Shown here one piece after another: positions 1-11,073 of a DNA stretch of 64,000 nt. Position numbers and translations under genes: made by a program. The stretch lies in contig NC_135673.1 in NCBI RefSeq assembly GCF_964188315.1, positions 20,088,001-20,152,000 of the forward strand. The letters are read 5' to 3'. The stretch comes from Podarcis muralis. Taxonomy: Eukaryota. The notes beneath the pieces were generated by a model that had not been told where the DNA came from, did no database searches, and saw only the letters and a list, made by a program, of their open reading frames with translations. Within the stretch, counting starts at the first letter, position 1; each line of letters opens with the position of its first letter.

Positions 1-53
1 ACATTAAAAGCTTCCCTAAACAGGGCTGCCTTCAGATGTCTTCTAAAAGCCAT
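1..53 (-). mobile_element. L2-type LINE 3' end fragment
   Basis: Near-identical to 35170-35215 (acattaaaagcttccctaaacagggctgcc..cagatgtcttctaaaag), which lies in the 3' end of the L2 element at 35057-36210. Confidence 0.7.
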
Positions 54-59
54 CTTCAA

Positions 60-960
60 ATACCTGTAAGACTCCTGTGTGAAAGACAGAGCAAGGTTGT
101 TTTCTCCTTCTTCAGAGGGGTTGAACTAGATTACTCCCAGAGTCCCATCCTGCCCAGACTCATGTCATAGTCTCTTACTGTATGTCGAAGGCTGTGTCAT
201 TTGCACCCGCATGGATCTGAAGGAAGGGGCTGTAGTCAGTGGGCTTTATAAGACTTGCCAACTTCTCTGTCACATCATTAATCTTTCCACCTGGAAGACA
301 GCACACCTCCTGGGACATCCTGTTACCTCCGCACACTGCTGCCTCTGTTCCCCCTCAGTAGGGAGTCACATACCACCACCTCATGTGTCTTCCTCCTCTG
401 GGGAGTGGCAGAAATCATTCTGTGCGCTGCACCTTCCACAGCCACCTCTGTGTGGTCTGAGGTCTGTAACTAATGTCCTTGCTCCTCTGGAATTCGAGGT
501 GAGGCATGGAATCGATTTTGCAGCTCGAGAGACACTGCACGACTCCTGACAGACTTGCTTCTGTGCATCACGTACCTCCAGGGGACCATCTCTTGCAATG
601 AGTGATCTTCCACCACCTTGCACACACATCACTATTCCAGGACAGCCCACTCTCTGCCCCACTGAGAAATTCCTCATCTTGCCCAGTAGCTCCAAGTGCT
701 GTTTGGTGGGCCTCAGATTGCCGGACCTTCTCTTCCAGCAAGGCAACCAGCTTGCACTTGTTGCAGGTGTAGCTTTGCACATGCTCAGGCAGGAAGACAA
801 ACATGGCAGAGGTGTTGCAGGTCACTACAGCAGCTCCCTCGCCCTCTATGTCTCTTGGTTCTCTGGGCCTCCCCTTCAAAACACCCTCACAAATGCCCAT
901 TTGCAAGTCCAGGTCACGAGCTCCCAGAGGAGCTCATTAGAATCAGCTCATTAGAACTGT
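60..960 (-). mobile_element. CR1 LINE ORF1 fragment (Cys-rich N-terminus plus SGNH esterase domain), degraded
   Basis: Minus-strand translation gives YTCNKCKLVALLEEKV (CR1 ORF1 Cys motif) and VVCDSLLRGTEAAVC..EVCCLPGGKINDVTEKL..FLQIHAGANDT (esterase blocks). Several frameshifts; boundaries approximate. Confidence 0.8.
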
Positions 961-1513
961 TGCTGGCTGCTAATTCCTTTGCTAACTCACTTCATCCAAA
1001 TCCCCAACTCCTAAATCCTCCAATGAATCATAGAATCAGAATTGTAGAGTTGGAAAGGACTCCAAGGGTCATCTAGTCCAACCCGCTTTGATGCAGGAAT
1101 CTCAACTAAAAAATATCCCTGACAGATGGAGAGGCAACCTCTGCTTTAAAACCCCCAATGAATCACAGAATCATAGAATTGTAGTCAGAAGGGATGCCAA
1201 GGGTCATTTAGTCCAACCCCTAATGTATTTTTTCTCCATTAACTATCAGGGCTAAACAGTGTACTCAATGTAACAAAAATAAATAAAATCAGGGGAGTGG
1301 GGGAATCTACACCACACACACAAAAACAGAGAATACAACAAATTTTATTTCAGACTTCAAAAATTGGCCATAATAAGGCAACTTCCCATAGCAGGAGGGA
1401 GCATTCAATGAGAGCCCAAAACATATTCAATGAGCTGAACATGCCAGATTGAAAGTCACAGCCGTGTCTCTGGTTTCTCCGGAACAAAACGAAGCCCATT
1501 GAATTCTCCTCAC

Positions 1514-1800
1514 CCTGAGCGGCCAGCCCCAGCGGGCTCTTTTGCTAGGGTACAAGGAGACCAAGCTGCATCTTAATTGCTGTGAGGGCAATTGGAGCTT
1601 ATCTTGCAAATGAGATATGCTTAATCGATTTAGCCGACAAGGGCTCTGGTTATTATCTACCCAAGATTAGCTGGGGCTGCCTTGATAAACTGAATCAGCC
1701 TGTAAATTAAGAGTTCAGACAGGTCAGCGTGTTCACATTCAGGGGAGCGGGGAACCAGGCATCATCAGCATAGTTAGCTTCATCAGATGCAATTAGTTAT
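1514..1800 (-). promoter_or_regulatory. Candidate photoreceptor-type promoter and non-coding first exon (possibly cone arrestin ARR3, which would continue left of the window)
   Basis: Non-repetitive segment with TTAATC (1621-1626), GATTA (1665-1669), CAATTAG (1790-1796) and a minus-strand donor AGG|GTGAGG at 1514/1513. ARR3 is head-to-head with P2RY4 in human. No coding exon is visible in the window. Confidence 0.3.
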
Positions 1801-4585
1801 ACAAGGGGAGGGGGGAGGTGCTTCCTGCACAGACGAGGCTGGCTTGAGGGTTGTAAAACCAGGCTGCTATTAGGTTACTGTCCTGTGTGGATGGTCAGTG
1901 GTCATCTCGCAAACCAAGGCTGGTCATCCTGCATAGTACAGTTAGCTGATATGGTGTCTTTCAGTGGTTGTGGGATACAACTCCCATCAGCCCTAGCCAG
2001 CATGACCAATGGTCAGGGGGAAAGATGGGATTTGTAGTCCCCAACCATGGGTGAATACTACATTGGTTCCCCATATTTAAGGAGATATATCTTTTATCTC
2101 CCAGGATCACTAGATGTCTTACATGGTTCCCCCACTGCTCAATTCATCCCCGCAACCTCGTGAGGTACCGGTAGGTCAGGATGAAAGGTGCAATTAGTGG
2201 CCTCCACAGTCACACACATCGAGTTTCATGGCCAAGTGGGGGTTTTAAACCCTGGCATCTCCCAGGTCCTAGCCTGACACTCTAGCCACTACACAACATT
2301 GCCTCTCAATCAATAGGGGAAGGGGCAAAGTGGATGCACTCTCGTGGACCAGATGGGAAAGACCAGCATTCTGCAGTTGCCTTTGGCAGTTCCACAAGAT
2401 TTTGCGGCAGCACAAAGATCCCTTTGAGACATTATTTTTCCCTGGGTGACCCTGCATTTGGGCGACACCAATTAAGAATCCTTTTTCTAGAGGGGCCAGC
2501 CATTCTCACAAAGGCTCTTTTGTTAGCTCTGCGGGATTATTTGAGCAGCTTGAATTAGAGGGCGGGGGACATTCAGGGCAGGTTTCCCCAGGAAGTTGTT
2601 CCTGTTTTCTCACTCTGCTCGAATCCTCAAGACGGAAGGTGAGTAGGGGGATAAGAGAATCCCACATTCCCTTAGCTGTAGCCTCCTCCACCTTTAGGGC
2701 AATCCTATACATTTCTAGAATCATAGAATCGAGGAATTGGAAAGGACCCCAAGAGTTCTCTAGTCTGACCACCATCCCACCCACCCAGGCAGGAATCACA
2801 ACTAAATAATCCCTGACAGATGACCGCCCAACTTCTGCTTAAAAACTTGCAATTAAGGAGAGCTCTACCTCCTTCCAGTAGAATTGGAAGGGACCTCACC
2901 TAGCCCACTTCCCCGCCGTGCAGGAATCACAGCTCAGTGCAATCCTATGCATGTCTACTCAGAAGCAAGTCCTATTGAGCTCATTGGGACTTGCATCCAG
3001 GTTAAATATCTGAACATGTGCAGTGGGAGAGGAGCTTTCCACCTCCCTCCATGCTATGGGCATGTGATGGGGTGGTTGTTTTGAAGGAACTTCTCTCACA
3101 GCCGCTTTTTGTGCGCAAAAAGAAAACCTGGCTTGCTTTAAAGACACAATGGCTGTCCCGGGATCACTCAATGAGCTTCATGTGTTCAGGGGTGGAGGCA
3201 GGGGTGTGTGGTAGGTACGGTCCGCCCTGGGTGTCACCACTGAGAAGGGTGACAAAATGCCAGGTGGCACTCACCATGGGGCCTGCAGAGCGCCCAAGCC
3301 ACGCATCACTCCTGGGAGAGACACAGTGGCTTGAACACACACAGGCTCTATGCTGCCCAAACAGGCCGCCCGCCGCCCCCTCCCCCCCCCCCAGCTGTAG
3401 GGCGGCTGAGTGGGAGGAGGCAGGCAGAGTCTGGAGGCCCCACGGTGCACCCTGCCCCTATGGGCGGCTCGCCCCATCCCTGGGTGTGCTGCCCCAAATG
3501 CCCGAGCGGCTTCCTTCGCCACTGCATGTGGTTGGTTGATAAGGGATTTCAACCCCCCAGTTCCTAGTCTGACACTCTGACCATTATACCACAATGTCCT
3601 CACTGACAGCAGCGAAAACAGGGGTTTCTTTAGCTTCATGGGCCTGGCATCCAGGATCTCAATCATTTTTCTAATAATCCTCACACCGGAATGGAAGGGT
3701 GGGGCAGGCCAGCTCCATGTGATGCCAGATAGGGACCTGAGAGAGATGAGGGTTAGAATTCCCATTTGGCCCTGAAGCTCACTGGGTGACCTTTGGAGTA
3801 AGCTGCTGCCTCTCAGCCTGACCTACCTTGCAGAGTTGTTGTGAAGACAAAACTGAGAGAGGGAACAACGTGTATCCCATCCTTGGAGGAAAGGTGGCCT
3901 ATAAATGAAATGATGGTGATGGTGATTATGAGAGTACTAGATCACATGATAGTCTATAGAATTATGTATGACCTGGAGAAAGTGGGCAGAGAAAAGCTTC
4001 CCTCCCTCTCTCATAACACTGGGACTTGTGGGTATCCAATGAAGCAGAATGTTTGAAGATTCAGGACAGGTAATAGGAAGTCCTTCTTCATGCATCACAT
4101 AGTTAAACTGTGGAACTCCCTCCCCCAGGAGGCAGTGATGGCCACTAACCTGGATGGCTTAAAAGTGGATTAGACACAGTCCTGGAGGATGGCAGGGCTA
4201 GTGATAGCTACTAGCCAGGATGGTCATGCTCTGCCACCACAATTGGAGGAAACAACGATCTTGAATGCCAGCTGCTGGAGACCACAGGAGGAGAGAGGGC
4301 TCTTGTGCTTGAATCCTGCTTGCAGGTTTCCCCTAAAGGGCATCTAGTCCAGGAGGCTGGAGTAGACAAGCCATTGGTCTGATCTAGCAGGATCTTCTTA
4401 TGTTCTAATAATATCATCATCGTCATAGAATTATAGAATTGTATAGTTGGAAGGGACCCTCAAGGGTCAATGCAAGAATCACAGCTAAATAATTTCTGGT
4501 CAGGTGCTCATTCTGCGTCTCCACCCGAGAAGCTTATGGCCACCAGCCTTTGTGAAGCATTTTTTCTCTCCATGATTTTCAGGAG

Positions 4586-5641
4586 ATGGGCAGCCTGATG
4601 GTGCCACTTCCTATGGCGGCTTTCACCACCACACCCAGAGCTGGGAATGCCACTGGTGGTAACAGCACTAGAGAGGAGAAGGAGAATTGCATCTTCAATG
4701 AGGAGTTCAAGTTCATCCTCCTGCCTGTCTCCTATGCCACTGTCTGTGTGGTGGGCCTCATCCTCAACTCCTACTCCCTGTGGGCACTCATCTCCAGGAT
4801 GCGGCCCTGGAATGCCACCACCACGTACATGTTCCACCTGGCCCTGTCCGACACCCTCTATGTCCTCTCTCTCCCCACGCTGGTCTACTACTATGCCAAC
4901 CGCAACAACTGGCCCTTCGGGGAGGGAATGTGCAAGGTGGTGCGCTTCCTCTTCTATGCCAACCTCTACAGCAGCATCCTCTTCCTCACCTGCATCAGCA
5001 TCCACCGCTACGTGGCGGTCTGCCATCCCATCCAGGCCCTCAGGTGGGTCAAAACGAGGCACGCCCACCTGATTTGTGGGGGAGTGTGGGTGGTGGTTGC
5101 CACCTGCCTCATCCCCAACCTGGTCTTCGTCACCATCAGTGCCCGGGGAAACGATACCCTCTGCCACGACACCACAAAGCCAGCCGAATTTGGCCACTAC
5201 GTACGCTACAGCTCCTCAGTGATGGCCCTCCTCTTTGGCCTTCCGTTCCTGGTTGTCCTCATCTGCTACTGCCAGATGGCACGGAAGCTGTGGAGGCCTC
5301 ACTCTGGCCAGGAGGTCCCTGCCTACAAGGCACGCTCTGTTAAAATGATTGTGGTGGTCGTGGTGGTCTTCGTCATCTGCTTCCTCCCTTTCCACATCAC
5401 GCGGACTGCCTACTACACCTCTCGGCTGCTCAAGGCCGACTGTCGCACACTCAACGCTGTGAATGTGGCCTACAAAATCACCAGGCCCTTGGCCAGTGCT
5501 AATAGCTGCATTGATCCCATCCTCTACTTCCTGGCTGGGAACCTCTATAGGGGAAAGCTGCACCAGAGCTTGTTCAAAAGGCCCAGAAACAGGCATGCAC
5601 TGACTCTGGCCCCCATTTCCCAGCTTGTGGGTGAAATCTGA
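4586..5641 (+). CDS. P2RY4: P2Y purinoceptor 4 (UTP/ATP class A GPCR), single coding exon, 351 aa
   Basis: Seven hydrophobic segments. Contains EEFKFILLPVSY, RPWNATTTYMFHLALSDTLYVLSLPTL, CISIHRY (HRY), LCHDTT and FHITRT..TRPLASANSCIDPILY, all typical of P2Y4. A splice acceptor (ttttcag|gag, 4581-82) lies just before the ATG, implying an upstream 5'UTR exon. Confidence 0.92.
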   Translation: MGSLMVPLPMAAFTTTPRAGNATGGNSTREEKENCIFNEEFKFILLPVSYATVCVVGLILNSYSLWALISRMRPWNATTTYMFHLALSDTLYVLSLPTLVYYYANRNNWPFGEGMCKVVRFLFYANLYSSILFLTCISIHRYVAVCHPIQALRWVKTRHAHLICGGVWVVVATCLIPNLVFVTISARGNDTLCHDTTKPAEFGHYVRYSSSVMALLFGLPFLVVLICYCQMARKLWRPHSGQEVPAYKARSVKMIVVVVVVFVICFLPFHITRTAYYTSRLLKADCRTLNAVNVAYKITRPLASANSCIDPILYFLAGNLYRGKLHQSLFKRPRNRHALTLAPISQLVGEI

Positions 5642-6414
5642 CTGTGGGATGTGCTCCATTTCATCGTTCTGAAGGTTTTTAAACAGAGTTTGAATGGCTG
5701 CCTGTAAGGGAATCTTGAGCTGTGATTCCTGCATTGCAAAGGGTTGGACTGGAAAACCCTTTTGGGGTGCCTTCCAACTCTACAAATCTATGCTTTTATA
5801 AGTCTTCCAACACAGAGTTATACTGACTTATCTAAACCTCTCTCCTTCTTTAACCATGTCTGTTAATTTAATAGTTAGCTGTTTCCAGATCTTTCTGGAA
5901 GTCAGTTTTGAAGGGCTTCTGATTGTGTTCCATGCAGTATTCCAGCACTATACGTTTGGCTTTGATGGATGCTTGCCCTCTCCTGTCCTTCCAACTTTAT
6001 GCAACTTTCAGGGAGACCATTTCTATTGATATAAAGACTCTATCAACTGTTCCTCACAGGGCTTGGCTGCAAGGGCATTTATCATCCTGGTAACCCTCCT
6101 CTGCCTAGTTTCCAGCTTTGTCAATATTGGTACCCAGAACAGGACTCCAGGTGTGGCCTGACCAAGGCAGAATAGAGCAGTGCTATTATTTCCCTTCATC
6201 TGTACACTGGACTTCTGTTGATGCAGCCTAGAATAGCATTAGCTCAGGTTGAGCTTGTAGTCTACTGAGACTTCTGGATCCTTTTCACGTGGACTGCTAT
6301 CAAAATAGGTATTCCCCAACCCTATATTTGTGCACCTCTTTATTCCTACCTAAGTTGTTCCTGCTGACATTCTTTTGGCCCAGTTCTCCAGTCTGTTAAG
6401 GCCCTATTGAATCC

Positions 6415-6772
6415 CATACCTTCCAACATTTCTCCGATGAAAATAGGGACATCCCATTCCATAATGATGATTTTACTATTTATACCTCCCACATCTTACT
6501 GGTTTGCCCCAGCCACTATGGGCAGCTTCCAACATATGTAAAAATGTAATAAAACATTAAACATTAAAAAAAACATTCGCTATACAGAATTGTCTTCAGA
6601 TGATTTGGGGGTCAGGTAACTACATACCCCCCAATGTTTCTCTGATGAAAAGGAAGCTGTGGTTCCTGCATTCTCCTAAGGAAAAGTGACATTCTGGGAT
6701 GAAATCAGGAAACTGGGGTGCTTTCTCTAAATCAGGGATGTCCCTGAAAAATAGGGGCACTTAGATGGCTTG
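6415..6772 (+). mobile_element. Non-autonomous DNA transposon (hAT-like MITE) containing an L2 3' fragment
   Basis: Starts cataccttccaacatttctccgatgaaaatagggac and ends aataggggcacttagatggcttg. It is the reverse complement of the copy at 8982-9303. No clean TSD found. Confidence 0.65.
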
Positions 6773-6945
6773 CTCCTTTAAACTCACCTCCTTATTGCTG
6801 GCCCCTTCAAATCATTGCGCTCCACAGGAAAAGCAGCAGAAACTGTGAAACTTGCTGGGGGAGTTTGGAGGCCTGTCTCTGCCTCTCAGCTTAGCCTACC
6901 TCACAGGGTTGTTGTGGGGATTAGATGTGGATTAGGACCTGGCAG

Positions 6946-7297
6946 GGGACACAGGTGGCGCTGTGGGTTAAACCACAGAGCCTAGGACTTGCTGATCAGA
7001 AGGTTGGCGGTTCGAATCCCCGCGACGGGGTGAGCTCCCATTGTTCGGTCCCTGCTCCTGCCAACCTAGCAGTTCGAAAGCACATCAAAGTGCAAGTAGA
7101 TAAATAGGTACCGCTCTGGCGGGAAGGTAAACGGCATTTCCGTGCGCTGCTCTTGTTCGCCAGAAGCGGCTTAGTCATGCTGGCCACATGACCCGGAAGC
7201 TGTACGCCAGCTCCCTTGGCCAATAAAGCGAGATGAGCACTGCAGCCCCAGAGTCGGCCACAACTGGACCTAATGGTCAGGGGTCCCTTTACCATTT
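6946..7297 (+). mobile_element. Sauria SINE, full length
   Basis: tRNA-like head (ggtggcgctgtgggttaaacc..ggttcgaatcc) and accttt-type tail. TSD ttaggacctggcag / ttaggatctggcag (6932-6945, 7298-7311; 1 mismatch). Inserted in an older MIR-like SINE. Confidence 0.9.
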
Positions 7298-7539
7298 TTA
7301 GGATCTGGCAGAGACCAGGATTCAAATCCTTACTTGGCTATGAAGCTCACGTGGGTGATCTCTAGGCCAGCTGCTGCCTCTCAGCCTAGTCCACCTTACA
7401 GGGTTGTTGGGGGGATTCAATAAGGAGGGAGGAGAATAGCCAATAGCCCAACTAGTCCAGCCTCCTGTTCTCACAGTGGCCACCCATATGCCCCAATGGG
7501 GAGCCTGCAAGCTGGATTTGAAAACAGTAGCCTTCTCCC

Positions 7540-8330
7540 ACTCCTGCTCTCCTGCATTCTGTTGTGTTTTTTTTAAATAACAGTTTAATTGAACAACTTA
7601 AAATGAAAGTGGAAAAAACAAACAAAAGAAAAGGTATATCACTATTAAGAGCTGCAAGTAGTGCCTGTGGGTTTATATCCAATAGATGGTATTTATCTCA
7701 CGAAACAGTGTATGTTAAAAAGTCAGTTGATCCAAATTCAATAGGCTTGCTTCCATCCAAATTTTCCAATTGCCATCTTTCCCCCCAATTTTTAAAGTTG
7801 GGTTTCCCCACAGAGTCAAATTAGCATAAGAACATGAGTCAAACCTATTTTTTATCTCAGACATCATATTCCATATCTTTCTAACTGACATAATTGTTTC
7901 CAGAGATTCCCAAGTTCTAAAATATTTTATTCCTAATACTGTCCTTCCAAGCAAAGGTGCTATAAATGTACAATATATTCTAAAATTGTCCAGATTGGAA
8001 ATTTAACACCAATTGGTGGGTTTCCAGTATTTAATACTTGCCATTAAGGAAGCATTGTAGCACAGCTCCATATTTGGAATACCAAATCTTCCTTCGTTAA
8101 TTTGTAGCTGCATTTTCTGTAAAGATATTCTCAGAGGTGAAGAACCCCATAGACATTTTCTAAAGAAAGGATTTGTTTTCTGAAAATATTTTCCAAATAT
8201 ATGAAGTGGAATTCCTCTCAAAATATAGATTAATCTGGGGATAATATTTATTTTCAGATCATTCGCCTTTCCATCTATCAACACCTGAAGAACTGAGGTA
8301 TTAGGGGAGGAGTACCTCTAATATTTAATT
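7540..8330 (-). mobile_element. L1/Tx1-type LINE ORF2 fragment, degraded
   Basis: IPRLIYILRGIPLHI..CLWGSSPLRISLQKMQLQINEGRFGIPNMELCYNAS matches the post-RT region of L1-clade ORF2. A-rich minus strand. Confidence 0.7.
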
Positions 8331-8559
8331 TAAAATGTGGTTATATGAAAAGAAATAGGATCAGAATAAATTGATATACAAGCTGGCAAAATGCTAATTT
8401 CTTTTATTGACAGTATGCCCAGGCTTTTTATCAGAATGGATCAGTATGAGAAAACAAATGAGAGGAGAAAGAAAAAAGAAAGTGAAAACACAGAGTCATT
8501 CAAAATGAAACCTCTCCAGGACATCTTCAGAGATTTACATTTCTTCCTTAAATCATCAT

Positions 8560-9700
8560 GTCTGATCATCTGCAAATTTGATTAAGATAAAGGCCTCTGC
8601 ATTCGAGGGACTGACAAATTTGTGAATTTGATCTTCATGGTTAATGCAGAATGTAGCTGGAAAGCACACGAAATATTGGAGTTGTTCTGACCTTGCAAGA
8701 GTTGGTGCTTTTGTGGAAAGTCTGTGCTTTTCAGACATTTCTTGACTAAAATCAGGATAAATTGCTATCTAATTTTGATTCCATTTCACAAGAGATTTTA
8801 CTGATTGGCAAAATGTATGTAGAATCTTGCCTCTCGCAGTGACATGCAGAAATTGCACAATCATAATATTGGAAAGAGTTGCAGTCCTCTGGCTTGTTAC
8901 AGGAATTAAGATAACGTGTTCTATCTCAATTGGGAAGTACACTCCCAGAGAGAGCTTTTTGAAAAAATCCACCATATAGTCCAGGTCCTCCGAGTGTCCC
9001 TATTTTCCAGGGACATCCCTGATTTGATCCCGGATTGTCCCGCTTTTCCTTAGGGTGACCCTATTTTCATTGGAGAAATGTTGGAGGGTATGGAGTTATC
9101 CAACCCCCAAACTGTCTGAAGGCAATCCTGTATAGGGAAGTTTTTTTTAATGTTTAATGTTTAATGTTTTATTATGTTTTTATATATGTTGAAAGCCAAC
9201 CAGAGTGGCTGGGGCAACTGAGTAAGATGGGTAGGGTATAAATAGTAAAATTATTATGGAATGGGACGTCCCTGTTTTCATCAGAGAAATGTTGCGGGGT
9301 ATGTATGCTCTGCACCATATACTTTGCTTGAGTTGGAGGATTTTCAAAGCCAATTATAAGCTGATTTTTCCAGTGTAACTGTGACTCCAAATAGGTAATT
9401 CGTTTATCCAGAATATTATGGCTAGCTTGAGTAATGGTCTCATGGATATTCAAACAATCTTCATAGTGAACCATCTATCTTGCATCTGCTTCGGATCATT
9501 CTTAAGCTCTGCCAAGACTTTTCGGATCGGCTTCAGAACTTGTATTTGAGACAGGATCACTTTCACTAAATCAGTATTCGAGTCCTCTTCCGCCATTTTC
9601 CTCGACTGAAGAAGCTACCCCTCATTAGCTCTAGCTCTTCATGGCTATACCTTGTCAGAAGGAAATAATATATGATAGGAGGGTTTTTTTACTGATAACC
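8560..9700 (-). mobile_element. L1-type LINE ORF1 fragment, interrupted by a MITE
   Basis: Fragments RITYLESQLHWKNQLIIGF, FPIEIEHVILIP..IMIVQFLH and FPATFCINHEDQIHKFVSPSNAEAF follow the order coiled-coil end, RRM, CTD of L1 ORF1p. Confidence 0.55.
8982..9303 (-). mobile_element. Non-autonomous DNA transposon (hAT-like MITE), same family as 6415-6772
   Basis: Ends caggtcctccgagtgtccctatt and agaaatgttgcggggtatg. Inverted relative to the first copy. Confidence 0.65.
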
Positions 9701-10918
9701 AGAGTCTTTGTCCAAGCAGCCTGATAATTCGGTAGTTTGAAATTCTCAGGAGAGAAATGAGAGACACGTTTCACAGCACTACCTCCAAACTGGAAGACTG
9801 TCCCGTCCCCCCCCCAATTCAATGTTAGATTGGCTCCATTCATGGAGGTTCCACTTAGGAATCATAAGAAACTAAGCTCAGACCTGCAACAGCTGTCTAG
9901 TCCTGTGTCCTGTTTTCACAGTGGCCACCATGGGATACCTATGAGGAGGATATGATTGCAAGAGCACTCTCCCCTCCTGTGGTTTCCAGCAACTGGTATT
10001 CCAAAGGTTCACCACCTCCGATGATATAGGCAGAGTACAGCCTTTCCTCCTTCATGAATTTGTCGAACCTTCTTTTGAAGATGTCTAGGTTAGAGTAATA
10101 AGTATATCTACACGCTGCATAAAGAAATCCATTGATCCATGTGGCTCAGTATTATCTACTCAGGCTGGCAGTAGTTTTTTTCCTTGTCGTCGACTGGTCA
10201 ATCCTTTTTTTAACAAAACATACATTTATTTATAATAAAACGGAACAAAGTATAATGGCAGATGCCAAATACATAGGGGATAGCCAGAGCTAAGCACATA
10301 GGAACAGGTTTCCAAAATCAAATGTAATAAATTAATATCACAAGGTGACAACTAACACATGTGGGTTTATCTTATTACTCCAGAACAGTATAAAAATACT
10401 CCATTTTTAGACACTATCTTGTTGCCTTCCCTCTCTAGTTCTCATCAATTGTGTAAGTTTAATCATGCATACTATGTCCCATATTTTAGCTATCCATTAT
10501 CCACCTGTCAGGGATTATTTAGTTGTGATTCCTGCATTGCAGAGGGTTAGACTAGATGACCCAACAGGGTACTTTCCAACTCTACAATGTTATGGTTATA
10601 TGATTCTCTCATGGATGGTGTTCAATTCCCCACCCCACCCCCATTTTTGTCAAATAATGATTTCTGGCAGCAATTAAGAGGTGTTGCCTTAATTTCCTGC
10701 CCTCTGTTAGCACAGTTTCTTTACTGTGGCCAAATAGGAAAATCAGGGAGTCCATGGGCAAAACAGTCAATCTTTTTTAAGGCTATGTTGCTGGGGGACT
10801 TGGAACTTCTGCATGGCAAGCATGGGCCTGGTATAAGAGGTGAGGGAGCCCTTGTTGAGGGGCAGGAACCTGTCTGCACCTTTGTCTCCTCCCTCCACCC
10901 CCTTGTTGCCAATCTCAG

Positions 10919-11073
10919 TCATAGGATCTGAAGCTCGGCCGTCTCTGACAACCCGTACGTGGCTTTGTGGTCGTCAAAGAGCTTGCGGAGAGAATCGATG
11001 TACATGGCGTGGTAGCGATCCACCATCTCACAGGTTGGGTTCTCCATCCTGGGCACCACCAGGGGCTCTCCAA
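10919..11073 (-). CDS. DGAT2-like exon 8 (terminal)
   Basis: ttag|TT GGA GAG.. encodes [51 protein letters not shown]. Confidence 0.92.

Noticed and set aside
4508-5343. ORFs of 229, 141 and 187 aa overlapping P2RY4
   Set aside because: Antisense and alternative-frame shadows of a GC3-rich GPCR exon; no independent motifs.
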